A DNA stretch of 64,000 nucleotides. Source: Chloroflexota bacterium. GTDB taxonomy: Bacteria > Chloroflexota > Limnocylindria > P2-11E. The first letter of the stretch is position 1. The number at the start of each line of letters is the position of its first letter. The position numbers and the translations under genes are program-made. A model generated the notes under the pieces. It had not been told where the DNA came from. It was given only the letters and a program-made list of their open reading frames with translations, and ran no database searches. The stretch covers positions 438-64,437 of the forward strand of contig VBJD01000026.1 in the NCBI GenBank assembly GCA_005887995.1, read 5' to 3'. Below are positions 18,899-28,357 of this stretch, piece by piece.

Positions 18899-19694
18899 TG
18901 AGCATGCAAACCGCGAGCGGACCCGCGAGCGACGCCGCCATCCTTCGGCTCGATCACGTGACGAAGCGCTTCGGCGGACTCGTCGCGGTCAACGACGTCA
19001 CGTTCGATGTGAGAAAAGGCGAGGTGTTCGCGCTCATCGGGCCGAACGGCGCCGGCAAGACGACGCTCTTCAATGGCGTGACCGGCCTCATCCCGCCGAC
19101 GAGCGGGTCGGTGGTCTTCGAGGGCCGCGAGATCGCCGGCACGAAGCCGTTCAAGGTCGCCGAGCTCGGAATCGCACGGACCTTCCAGAACATCCGACTC
19201 TTCGAGTACATGAGCGCGGTCGAGAACATCCTCGTCGGCGAGCACTGTCGCATGCACGCGAAGCTCTGGGACTCGCTCTTCAAGCTGCCACGCGAGCGGC
19301 GCGAGGAGAAAGAGGTCACCGACCACGCGATGGAGCTGCTCAGGTTCGTCGGCATCGAGCGCTGGGCGCACTCCTACGCCCGCAACCTCCCGTACGGCGG
19401 CCAGCGCCGTCTCGAGATCGCCCGCGCGCTCGCGACCAGGCCCCGCCTCCTGCTCCTGGACGAGCCGGCGGCCGGCTTCACGCCGCAGGAGAAGGTCGAG
19501 CTCATGCGCCTCGTCGGCAAGATCCTCGACTCGGGCGTGACCGTGTTCCTCATCGAGCACGACATGAAAGTGGTCATGGGCATCAGCAAGCGCATCGTGG
19601 TCCTCGACCACGGCGAGATGATCGCCCACGGCACGCCAGAGGAAGTGCGGCGCAACCCGCGGGTCATCGAGGCGTACCTCGGGAAGCAGCACTG

Positions 19695-19695
<1 letters not shown>
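18898..19695 (+). CDS. livG: Branched-chain amino acid ABC transporter ATP-binding protein
   Basis: Walker A GPNGAGKTT. LPYGGQRRLEIARAL. Walker B LLLLDEP. TAGTG overlap with livM. Confidence 0.9.
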
Positions 19696-20429
<734 letters not shown>

Positions 20430-20431
20430 GA

Positions 20432-20479
20432 GCGCAGCTACCGCTGCGCCTGTCATCGGTTGGCTGCGCCCAACCGATG
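20432..20479 (+). terminator. Two tandem GC hairpins after livF (7-bp and 10-bp stems), no clear U-tract
   Basis: GCGCAGC-tacc-GCTGCGC and CATCGGTTGG-ctgcgc-CCAACCGATG, read directly. Confidence 0.35.
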
Positions 20480-20541
20480 CTGTAACAATGCCGAAGGTCC
20501 GACCGGCGCAGGCCTAGACGCGGCATGCGGCGAGGACTAGC

Positions 20542-21156
20542 GTGCCGCGCATGCGTGCGACCGGGATAGTGCTCGCCGTGTTGCTTGCCTGTGCGTGTGG
20601 CACGCCGGCGGCAGCGCCGAGCCCTGCGCCGACCGAAGCGCCGACGCCTTCGCCCACGCCTTCGCCGAGCCCAACACCATCGCCCTCGCCGACGCCAGCA
20701 CCGACGCCGGCGGGCGCTGCGTCGTACTTCGTCCAGTCGGGTACGTACGTGTACGTGTCGCTTCCTCCCGCAGTCGAGGCGCAGGCGCTCGCAGGACTGC
20801 AGACCGACGAGATCAAGGTCTTCGCGAAGTCGAGCGCCGTGCGGTCCGTGACGAAGGGTGGCGAGCCGGTCGGTGCCGCGGTCCTCGTTATCGGCGTCGA
20901 CGAGGCCTTCGCCGCGCTGCCTAACGCATTCGATGGATTCGTCAAGGGCTTCACGAGCGGCGCGGGTGGCGTCGTCATGACGCAGCAGCAGAACAAAACG
21001 ATCGGCGGCCGCCCCGTCGTGTTCATGTTCCAGAGCGATCAGAAGCTCTGGTATGCGGTCTGGCAACAACGCGTGTTCTTCGTCTCCACGTTCGCCGCCA
21101 CACAGGCCGCGGCCGAAGAGGTCGCGAACGCGCTCATCACGGCGAACACCCGCTAA
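20542..21156 (+). CDS. Lipoprotein with Pro/Thr/Ser-rich linker, unknown function
   Basis: MPRMRATGIVLAVLLACACG lipobox. 39-aa PT/PS linker. 145-aa globular tail without recognisable motifs. Confidence 0.55.
   Translation: MPRMRATGIVLAVLLACACGTPAAAPSPAPTEAPTPSPTPSPSPTPSPSPTPAPTPAGAASYFVQSGTYVYVSLPPAVEAQALAGLQTDEIKVFAKSSAVRSVTKGGEPVGAAVLVIGVDEAFAALPNAFDGFVKGFTSGAGGVVMTQQQNKTIGGRPVVFMFQSDQKLWYAVWQQRVFFVSTFAATQAAAEEVANALITANTR
20602..20718 (+). repeat. Low-complexity Pro-Thr/Pro-Ser coding repeat
   Basis: TPAAAPSPAPTEAPTPSPTPSPSPTPSPSPTPAPTPAGA, encoded by reiterated ccg/acg/tcg/gcc units. Confidence 0.7.
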
Positions 21157-21238
21157 CCGCGGCGTCCCCGCGGAGGGGAGTGCCATACTGCCGTCGATCT
21201 CCGGACGTATCCGGATCCTCTGTCGGGGGAGGACGCAG

Positions 21239-22840
21239 ATGAGCGGTGTTCTTCGTTTCATCCCAGTCGTCGTTCTCGTCCTGGCGGCCTGCGCGCCACA
21301 GGCAACGCCGCCCGGCCCGTCCGGGACAGCGGCAAGCAAGGTCGGCGGGTCCGTGACCTTCGTCGCCACGACGGATCCAGATACGCTCGACCTCCACCAG
21401 ACATCGAACCCGGTCTCGTCGACGATCTTCGGCTGGATCTACGAGCCGCTCGTGTACCAGGACCTGGACAACTCGTACAAGGGACTGCTCTCCGAGAGCT
21501 GGGCGGTAAGTCCCGACAGCAAGACGATCACCTTCAAGCTGCGCTCGGGCATCACCTTCACCGACGGCACGCCGTTCAACGCGGACGCCGTGAAGTTCAC
21601 CTTCGAGCGCCTTCAGCGCGTGGGCGCGAAGTCGCCGATCTTCGAGACGTTCAAGAACGTCGCGAGCATGGAGGCGAAGGACGCGACGACGTTCGTCATG
21701 AACATGAAGGAGCCGTATGCGCCGATCTTCCATGACCTGCAGACGGCGTACGCGGGGATCCTCTCCCCGACGGCGGTGAAGGCCGCGAACGACAACATCG
21801 GCCGCGCGGCGGTGGGTACCGGCCCGTACAAGCTGAAGGACTTCCAGACCGGCCAGCAGATCACGCTCGAGCGCAACAGCGACTACAAGTGGGCGCCGGC
21901 GCTCTTCGCTAACCGCGGGGCGCCATACATCGAGGAGCTGCGCTACCGCGTCATTGCCGAGCCGGCGACGCAGCTCGCCGCCCTCGATGCGGGCGAGGTC
22001 GACGCGCTCGGGCTGCGCGCGCAGGACATCGCGAAGTATGCGTCCGATGCGCGCTTCAAGGTCTTCGACAGCTTCACGTTCGGCCTCACCTACCTCGGCT
22101 TCGACGCGAAGCGGCCTCCGTTCGATAACCCGAAGCTGCGCGCCGCGCTCGCGAAGGCTGTGAACAAGGACGAGATCGTGCAGGTCGTCTTCGAGAGCAA
22201 GCTCGCCAAGGCGCAGTGTTGCCCGATCGCCGAATCGATCCAGGGCTACGACCCCAAGCTGAAGGACTTCGAGCAGAAGTACGACCCGGCGAAGGCCAAG
22301 ACCGAGCTCGACGGTCTCGGCTACAAGCCTGGTGCCGACGGCATGCGCACGTCGCCGGACGGCAAGCCGTGGAGGCCCGTCCTCTACACGACGACCTCCG
22401 ACACGCACGGAAAGATCTCGACGCTGCTGCAGGCGCAGTTCAAGACGGTCGGCGTCGACCTGCAGATCAAACAGCTCGAGTCGGGCGCGCTCCTCGCGGC
22501 GACGCCGAAGGCGGAGCACGATCTCTACCTCAACGGCTACTCGTGGAACGAGCCGGACATGTTCAGCCTGTTCCTGTCATGCGACCGCATCACGAGCTCG
22601 AACCGCGTCCTCTACTGCAACCAGCAGCTCGAGGACCTCATCCGCAAGGGCCGCACGGAGCTCGACCAGGCAAAACGGATGCAGATCTACTTCGACGCGC
22701 AGAAGCTGGTCATGCAGGAGTCGCCGTGGCAGCCGCTGTACATGCCGGTGTCGAAGACCGCGGTGAACGTGAAGATCCAGGACCTGAGGCAGGGCCAGGC
22801 CGGCGGCCTCTACTGGCACGACGCCTGGGTGAAGCGATAG
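21239..22840 (+). CDS. Peptide/nickel ABC transporter substrate-binding lipoprotein (SBP family 5, DppA/OppA-like)
   Basis: Track ORF trimmed to ATG 21239 (MSGVLRFIPVVVLVLAACAP). Family-5 pattern (LVYQDLDNSYKGLLSESW, FKLRSGITFTDGTPFNADAV, GTGPYKLKDF). Confidence 0.85.
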   Translation: MSGVLRFIPVVVLVLAACAPQATPPGPSGTAASKVGGSVTFVATTDPDTLDLHQTSNPVSSTIFGWIYEPLVYQDLDNSYKGLLSESWAVSPDSKTITFKLRSGITFTDGTPFNADAVKFTFERLQRVGAKSPIFETFKNVASMEAKDATTFVMNMKEPYAPIFHDLQTAYAGILSPTAVKAANDNIGRAAVGTGPYKLKDFQTGQQITLERNSDYKWAPALFANRGAPYIEELRYRVIAEPATQLAALDAGEVDALGLRAQDIAKYASDARFKVFDSFTFGLTYLGFDAKRPPFDNPKLRAALAKAVNKDEIVQVVFESKLAKAQCCPIAESIQGYDPKLKDFEQKYDPAKAKTELDGLGYKPGADGMRTSPDGKPWRPVLYTTTSDTHGKISTLLQAQFKTVGVDLQIKQLESGALLAATPKAEHDLYLNGYSWNEPDMFSLFLSCDRITSSNRVLYCNQQLEDLIRKGRTELDQAKRMQIYFDAQKLVMQESPWQPLYMPVSKTAVNVKIQDLRQGQAGGLYWHDAWVKR

Positions 22841-22857
22841 CGATGGCGTAGCCGAGC

Positions 22858-23778
22858 ATGGGCAGGTATGTCCTGAGGCGTCTGCTCCTCGCCATACCGG
22901 TACTGCTCGGCGTGTCCCTCGCGGTCTTCCTCATGGCGGCCGCTGTTCCCGGTGATCCCGCGACCGTGCTCGCCGGCGACACCGCATCGGCAGCGCAGGT
23001 CGAGCGCATCCGCCACGACCTCGGCCTCGATCAACCGCTCCCGATCCAGTACCTGCGCTTCCTCGAGCGGCTCGCGCACGGAAGTCTCGGCGAGTCGACA
23101 CGCACGCACCGTGAGGTGCTGCTCGAGATCGCGGATCGCTTCCCGTACACGCTCGCGCTCACCGTCGGCGCGGTGACGCTGTCGACCCTCCTCGGCCTCA
23201 CCCTCGGGACGTTCGCCGCCCTGCAGCGCGGGCGCGCCGGGGACTACCTCACGATGGGTTTCGCGATCGCGGGCCTCTCCATCCCGACGTTCCTGATCGC
23301 GATCGTCGGGATCATCGTCTTCTCGCTGCAATTGCGATGGCTTCCCGTCTCGGGCGCGTTCTCGCCCGCGAGTTACATCCTGCCGACCGTGACGCTCTCA
23401 CTTCACTCGGCCGCGGTGAAGGCGCGCATCACGCGTTCGAGCATGCTCGAGGTATTCGGCCAGGATTACCTGCGCACCGCGCGAGCGAAGGGCCTTCGCG
23501 AGCGAGTGGTGATAGTCCGACACGCGCTGAAGAACGCACTCATCCCGATCTCGACGATCGTGGGGATCCAGTTCGGCGCGCTCCTCGGCGGCGCGTTCAT
23601 CATCGAGAACATCTTCGGTTGGCCGGGCATCGGCCGGCTCGCGACGCAGGCGATCTTCAATCGCGACTTCCCGGTCGTCCAGGGCACAGTGCTCGTCGGC
23701 GCGGTCACGTTCGCGCTCGCGAATCTCGCGGTGGATCTGCTGTATGCATGGCTTGATCCGCGTATCCGCTACTCCTGA
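22858..23778 (+). CDS. Peptide ABC transporter permease (DppB/OppB-like)
   Basis: MGRYVLRRLLLAIPVLLGVSLAVFL. EAA-loop region DYLRTARAKGLRERVVIVRHALKNALIP. Confidence 0.9.
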   Translation: MGRYVLRRLLLAIPVLLGVSLAVFLMAAAVPGDPATVLAGDTASAAQVERIRHDLGLDQPLPIQYLRFLERLAHGSLGESTRTHREVLLEIADRFPYTLALTVGAVTLSTLLGLTLGTFAALQRGRAGDYLTMGFAIAGLSIPTFLIAIVGIIVFSLQLRWLPVSGAFSPASYILPTVTLSLHSAAVKARITRSSMLEVFGQDYLRTARAKGLRERVVIVRHALKNALIPISTIVGIQFGALLGGAFIIENIFGWPGIGRLATQAIFNRDFPVVQGTVLVGAVTFALANLAVDLLYAWLDPRIRYS

Positions 23779-24643
23779 GCTGTCGCCGGCGCTCGAGCGC
23801 CGGCCCGGCGCGTTCGTCGCGTTCCTGCTGCGGGCGCGAGGCTCGCCGCCGATGGTCATCGGTTTCGCGTTGTTCTGCGGCGTGCTCCTCATGGCGGCGT
23901 TCGCGCCGCTCATCGCGCCGTACGACCCGGTCGCGATCAACGTGCGCGAGCGCCTCGCCGCGCCATCACTCGGGCACCTCTTCGGCACGGACGACTTCGG
24001 CCGCGACGTGTTCAGCCGCGTCGTGTGGGGATCGCAGCTCGCCGTACGCCTCGGCACGCTCTCGGTGGTCGTCGCGCTCGCCGGCGGGATCGTGCTCGGC
24101 CTCGTCGCCGGGTACTACGGCGGCTGGGTCGATCAGCTCGTGTCGCGGCTCTTCGATCTCATCTTCGCCTTCCCCTCGCTCCTGTTCGCGATCGCGATCG
24201 TCGCGATCCTCGGCCCGAGCCTCGACAACCTCGTCGTCGGACTCGGCCTGTTCGGGTGCGCCGGCTACGGCCGCCTCATCCGGGGTTCGGTGCTCTCCGC
24301 GCGGCAGCGTGAGTACGTCGAGGCGGCCCGCGCGATCGGCGCGCGCGCGTCGCGCATCATGCTGCGGCACATCCTCCCGAACGTGATCGCGCCCGTGATC
24401 ATCCTGTCGGCCACGCGATTCGGCGGCGCGCTGCTCGCCGGCAGCGGACTGTCGTTCGTCGGGCTCGGCGTGCCGATCCCGCAGCCGGAGTGGGGCGCGA
24501 TCATGGCGACGGGGCGCGAGTACCTCGCCACCGCCTGGTGGATCACGCTGTTTCCGGGCGCGCTCATCGCCGTCGCCGTGCTCGGTGTGAATCTGCTCGG
24601 CGACGGACTTCGCGACGTGCTCGACCCCCGACTGCGCGACTAA
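23744..24643 (+). CDS. Peptide ABC transporter permease (DppC/OppC-like)
   Basis: APLIAPYDP, HLFGTDDFGRDVFSRVVWG, EYVEAARAIGARASRIMLRHILPN. ATG 23744 overlaps the upstream gene by 35 nt. Start uncertain. Confidence 0.85.
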   Translation: MHGLIRVSATPELSPALERRPGAFVAFLLRARGSPPMVIGFALFCGVLLMAAFAPLIAPYDPVAINVRERLAAPSLGHLFGTDDFGRDVFSRVVWGSQLAVRLGTLSVVVALAGGIVLGLVAGYYGGWVDQLVSRLFDLIFAFPSLLFAIAIVAILGPSLDNLVVGLGLFGCAGYGRLIRGSVLSARQREYVEAARAIGARASRIMLRHILPNVIAPVIILSATRFGGALLAGSGLSFVGLGVPIPQPEWGAIMATGREYLATAWWITLFPGALIAVAVLGVNLLGDGLRDVLDPRLRD

Positions 24644-24651
24644 GAGCGGAG

Positions 24652-25131
24652 ATGAGCGCACCAGCGGAGCTCACGACCCAGGAAGACATCGAGCGGCTCG
24701 ACCTCTCGCCCGTCGCGAAGCGCGGCGCGCTGGCACTGCATGCCGCACATCCCGAGGTCCGATTCGTCAGCGGACGGCGGACCCTCACGCGGCAGGCCCG
24801 CGCGATGGCAAGGAACATCCTCGAGAGCGGCGATCGCCACTGGATCGCGAACGTGTACGTCGCGGCCGCGCCGCTGCAGGACTGGGTAGACGAGCATGCG
24901 GACGCGGTCACCGTCGACGCGCTCGCCGCCGGTCTGGAGTCGACGCTGCTCACCATGAGTCCCGCCGACCGGGCGCGCGTGAGCAAGCACCTTTCGGGAG
25001 ACGCGTTCGACCTGCGCCCGGTCCACGGCGAGAGCGAGGCCGCGATACGCCGGACGATCAACTCACTGCCAGGCCTGGTGAAGTTCCTGGACCGCGAGGG
25101 CGGCCTCGAGCGCTGGCACGTCCAGTTCTAA
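24652..25131 (+). CDS. Cytoplasmic LAS-type zinc peptidase, M15 (VanY/VanX-like) family
   Basis: Inside track ORF 24490..25131. ATG 24652 lies 8 nt after the permease stop. SGRRTLTRQ (cf. SGYRS..Q). S-x-H-x-x-G-x-A-x-D motif SKHLSGDAFD. Terminal WH (ERWHVQF). No signal peptide. Confidence 0.65.
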   Translation: MSAPAELTTQEDIERLDLSPVAKRGALALHAAHPEVRFVSGRRTLTRQARAMARNILESGDRHWIANVYVAAAPLQDWVDEHADAVTVDALAAGLESTLLTMSPADRARVSKHLSGDAFDLRPVHGESEAAIRRTINSLPGLVKFLDREGGLERWHVQF

Positions 25132-25156
25132 CGATGCTTCTCCCTAGACTCGGCTC

Positions 25157-26509
25157 GTGGCCACCGCACTCGAGCTGAAGGTCCCCGCCGACGTCGAGAA
25201 GGTCGTCGATGTGCTGCTCGACGCAAAGCACGACGCGTACGTCGTGGGTGGGAGCGTCCGCGACGCGCTCCGCGGGGTCGACCCGCACGACTGGGATGTG
25301 ACGACGGACGCGAAGCCCGAGCAGATCGAGAAGCTCTTCAAGCGCGCGCTCTACAACAACCGTTTCGGCACGGTGGTCGTGCAGTCGGGTGACCATGTGG
25401 TCGAGGTGACGACGTATCGCACCGAGGCTGGGTACGCGGACCATCGCCGGCCGGACGCGGTCGCATTCACCGCATCGCTCGAAGAGGATCTGGAGCGGCG
25501 TGATTTCACGATGAACGCGATGGCGTGGCGGCCGCCGCGCGGCGCGAAACCGGGTGAGCTCATCGATCCACACCATGGGCGTAAGGATCTCGAGGGCCGC
25601 GTGCTGCGCGCTGTCGGCGACCCCGACGAGCGCTTCGGGGAAGACGCGCTGCGCATGCTTCGCGCGATCCGCTTCGCGACGCTGCTCGACCTGCACATCG
25701 AGCCGCGCACCGCCGAGGCGATCCGGCGCAACGCCGCCCTCACCGCGGACCTGTCGGGCGAGCGCATCCAGCAGGAGATCACGAAGATGCTGTCGGCGCC
25801 GCGCCCGTCGGTGGCGTTCCAGATGATGTCGGAGCTCGGCGTGCTCGCCGTGATCTGCCCCGAGCTCGAGGATTCGAAGGGCACGCCGCAGGAAAAGGCC
25901 GCCGCGTTCAACGTGTTCGACCACCTGCTCGCGACGCTCGACGCGACGCCGCAGGACGATCTACCGCTACGCCTCGCCGGGCTGTTTCACGACATCGGCA
26001 AGCCGGAGACATTCGCGGATGGCCACTTCCATCAACACGAGTTCGTCGGCGAGGCGAAAGCGCGCGCGATCCTCCGGCGCTGGAAGTTCGACAAGGACAC
26101 GATCGCCGAGGTGACGCACCTCATCCGGCACCACATGTTCTGGTACCAGATGGAGTGGACCGGCTCGGCGGTGCGTCGCTTCATCCGAAAGGTGGGACTT
26201 GAGAACATCCCCGCGCTGTTCGCGCTCCGGCGCGCCGACAACATCGGCAGCGGCGCGCGGTCGCCGCGCATGTACGCGCTCGATGCGCTCTGGCAGCGCG
26301 TCCAGGAGGAGATCGCGGCGGCGACCGCATTCTCGCTACGCGATCTCCAGATCGACGGCAACGACATCAAGCGCGAGCTCGGCCTGGAGCCCGGTCCGGA
26401 AGTCGGCCGCATCCTGAATGAGCTCTTCGAGCGCGTGACGGACAATCCGGCGCTCAACGAGCGCGACAAACTGCTCGCGCTCGCGCGCGAGATCCACAGA
26501 GCGCGCTAA
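25157..26509 (+). CDS. cca: CCA-adding tRNA nucleotidyltransferase with HD domain
   Basis: VVGGSVRDALRG, DWDVTT, RRDFTMNAMA, GEDALRMLRAIRFA, HD region FHDIGKP. Confidence 0.9.
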   Translation: MATALELKVPADVEKVVDVLLDAKHDAYVVGGSVRDALRGVDPHDWDVTTDAKPEQIEKLFKRALYNNRFGTVVVQSGDHVVEVTTYRTEAGYADHRRPDAVAFTASLEEDLERRDFTMNAMAWRPPRGAKPGELIDPHHGRKDLEGRVLRAVGDPDERFGEDALRMLRAIRFATLLDLHIEPRTAEAIRRNAALTADLSGERIQQEITKMLSAPRPSVAFQMMSELGVLAVICPELEDSKGTPQEKAAAFNVFDHLLATLDATPQDDLPLRLAGLFHDIGKPETFADGHFHQHEFVGEAKARAILRRWKFDKDTIAEVTHLIRHHMFWYQMEWTGSAVRRFIRKVGLENIPALFALRRADNIGSGARSPRMYALDALWQRVQEEIAAATAFSLRDLQIDGNDIKRELGLEPGPEVGRILNELFERVTDNPALNERDKLLALAREIHRAR

Positions 26510-26519
26510 GCCGCGCGGT

Positions 26520-26894
26520 CTAGCTGCGCTCGAGGTTCGCGGCCGGCGACGAGTAGCTCGACGACGGCGAGCTGTACACGGTCGGCCCGGTCGTCGCGCC
26601 AAAGCCGTTCGTCTCGGCCTCCTCGCGCGCCTTGCGGACCTTCTCGACCTGCTCGCTGAGCTTGTTCCGCGCCTGCTCTCCGGTGAAGGGAGTCATGAGG
26701 AACGCGATGGCCACACCGGCGAGCGCGCCGAAGAGCAGACCGATGGAGAAATAGAGAAATCCCGGCGTCGGGTCGCGGCCGATGCTCACGCTGGGGATGC
26801 TCACGCTGGGGATCTTCGCGTCACCGAGGGCGTCGCTCGCCTTCTTCGTCGCCTCGTCGAACATGTCGCGCAGATCCTTCGTCCTGATCATCAA
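26520..26894 (-). CDS. YtxH-domain membrane-associated protein
   Basis: GLLFGALAGVAIAFLMTPFTGEQARNKLSEQ matches the YtxH signature (G..G..AG.LFAP.SG.E.R). Contains the in-frame duplication IPSVSIPSVS. Confidence 0.65.
   Translation of the reverse strand: MMIRTKDLRDMFDEATKKASDALGDAKIPSVSIPSVSIGRDPTPGFLYFSIGLLFGALAGVAIAFLMTPFTGEQARNKLSEQVEKVRKAREEAETNGFGATTGPTVYSSPSSSYSSPAANLERS
26781..26810. repeat. Perfect 15-bp tandem duplication (gatgctcacgctggg x2) inside the ytxH-like gene
   Basis: Read directly. In frame, it duplicates five residues. Confidence 0.9.
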
Positions 26895-26949
26895 TAACCT
26901 CCCGCGCTCGTCCTACACGCCCTGCGGCGCGCCGTGACCGCATCCCTCG

Positions 26950-26964
26950 GCAGAAGCGGTGCCA
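26950..26964 (-). promoter_or_regulatory. Candidate sigma-54 promoter TGGCAC-N5-CTGC
   Basis: The minus strand reads TGGCACCGCTTCTGC with correct GG-N10-GC spacing. Located 56-70 nt upstream of the ytxH-like ATG (26894), just after the prfB stop. Confidence 0.4.
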
Positions 26965-26975
26965 GCAGTCGCCGG

Positions 26976-28071
26976 TCAGTCCGCTTCTTCGGGCTTGCGG
27001 TGGGAGAGGGCGGCCTCGATGAACGCGTCGATGTCGCCGTCGAGCACTCGTGTCGGGTCGCCGACCTCGACGCCGGTGCGATGGTCCTTCACGACGGTGT
27101 ACGGGTGCAGCACGTAGGAGCGGATCTGGCTGCCCCAATCGGCGGCCCGCATCTCGCCGCGCTCTAGCGCTTGTTCCGCTTCCTGTTCGCGTACGCGCTG
27201 CTCGAGCAGGCGAGCTTTCAAGATCTTGAGCGCCGTTTCACGGTTCTGTAACTGCGAGCGCTCGTTCTGGCACGAGACGACCATGCCGCTCGGCAGATGG
27301 GTGATGCGTACCGCGGTCTCGGTCTTGTTGACGTTCTGACCGCCCGCACCGGTGGAGCGGTACGTGTCGATCTTAAGGTCCTCCGGCCGCACCTCGATCT
27401 CGCCTTCGTCCTCGATCTGCGGCGTCGGATCGACGAGCGCGAACGATGTCTGCCGGCGGCGCTGCGCGTCGAAGGGTGATATGCGGACGAGACGGTGGGT
27501 GCCGCGCTCCGTGCGGAGATAGCCGTACGCGTACGGGCCGTCGACCGTGAGCGTCGCGCTGCGGATGCCGGCCTCGTCCCCTGGCGTCGTCTCGACGACT
27601 TCCGCCTTGTACCCATGCCGCTCGGCCCAGCGGAGATACATGCGCACGAGCATCTGCGCCCAATCGGCTGCGTCGGTCCCGCCGACGCCGGCGCTGATCG
27701 CGAGCACCGCGTCGCGCTCGTCGTACGGGCCCGAGAGCTGCGCCTCGAGGCTCGCCTTCTCGACCTCATCCCTGAGCACGGCGAACTCGCTGTCGATATC
27801 GGTAGAAAGCGACGCGTCGTCGAGGGAGAGGAGCTCTGCGAGATCGTCGGCGCGTTTGGTGAACCCGTCCCAGCGCTCGACGCGTGTGCGCAGGAGGCCG
27901 AGCCGCTTCAGGACGTGCTGCGCGCGCTGTCGGTCGTTCCAGAGATCCGGACGCGAAGACTGTGCTTCGAGCTCTGCTAGCTCCTTGCGGACGCGGGGGA
28001 GGTCAAAGGAACACCGCCATGCGGGCGACGCGCTCGCGGAGCGCCGCGAGCACGTCCAGATCGAGCGCCAC
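26976..28071 (-). CDS. prfB: Peptide chain release factor 2, with programmed +1 frameshift at CTT TGA C
   Basis: Frame 0 runs from GTG 28071 (VALDLDVLAALRERVARMAVFL) to an in-frame TGA at 28005-28003. The +1 frame from GAC 28004 continues DLPRVRKELAELEAQSSRPDLWND... into track ORF 26976..27779, which carries the SPF and GGQ motifs. SD-like GGCGGTG lies 3 nt before CTT. Confidence 0.9.
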
Positions 28072-28274
28072 TAGCGCTTTGTGCTACGCGGACGCTCGAA
28101 CGTGGTCATGACCGGCTGGGCGACGGGAGCTAGCTTGCCGGCAGCGAAGCTCACAAAGGTGACGCAGGGGCAGTAGGTATTGCGTGGGCACCGCGGGCAA
28201 TCGCCATCGCAGTCAAGGGTGGCGCCGTAGGAGCACTTGAGGCAGTTGTCCTCGCAGACGATCCATTCCTTCAT
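28071..28274 (-). CDS. Cys-rich small protein (67 aa, 8 Cys, two C-x3-C-x2-C motifs), unknown function
   Basis: MKEWIVCEDNCLKCSYGATLDCDGDCPRCPRNTYCPC... GGGGAG RBS 6 nt before the ATG. Its TAG overlaps the prfB GTG (TAGTG). Confidence 0.55.
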   Translation of the reverse strand: MKEWIVCEDNCLKCSYGATLDCDGDCPRCPRNTYCPCVTFVSFAAGKLAPVAQPVMTTFERPRSTKR

Positions 28275-28357
28275 ACGGGGCTCCCCACTAGAAAAGTCGG
28301 CTTTGTGCCGCTTTCCGTACGAAGATTACCGGTCTAAAACCGCTTTGTGAAGGGGTT

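Noticed and set aside
18822-19694. N-terminal 291 codons of track ORF 18822..20429
   Set aside because: This is an out-of-frame read through livG (Arg-rich). The genuine livF begins at ATG 19695, which overlaps the livG stop.
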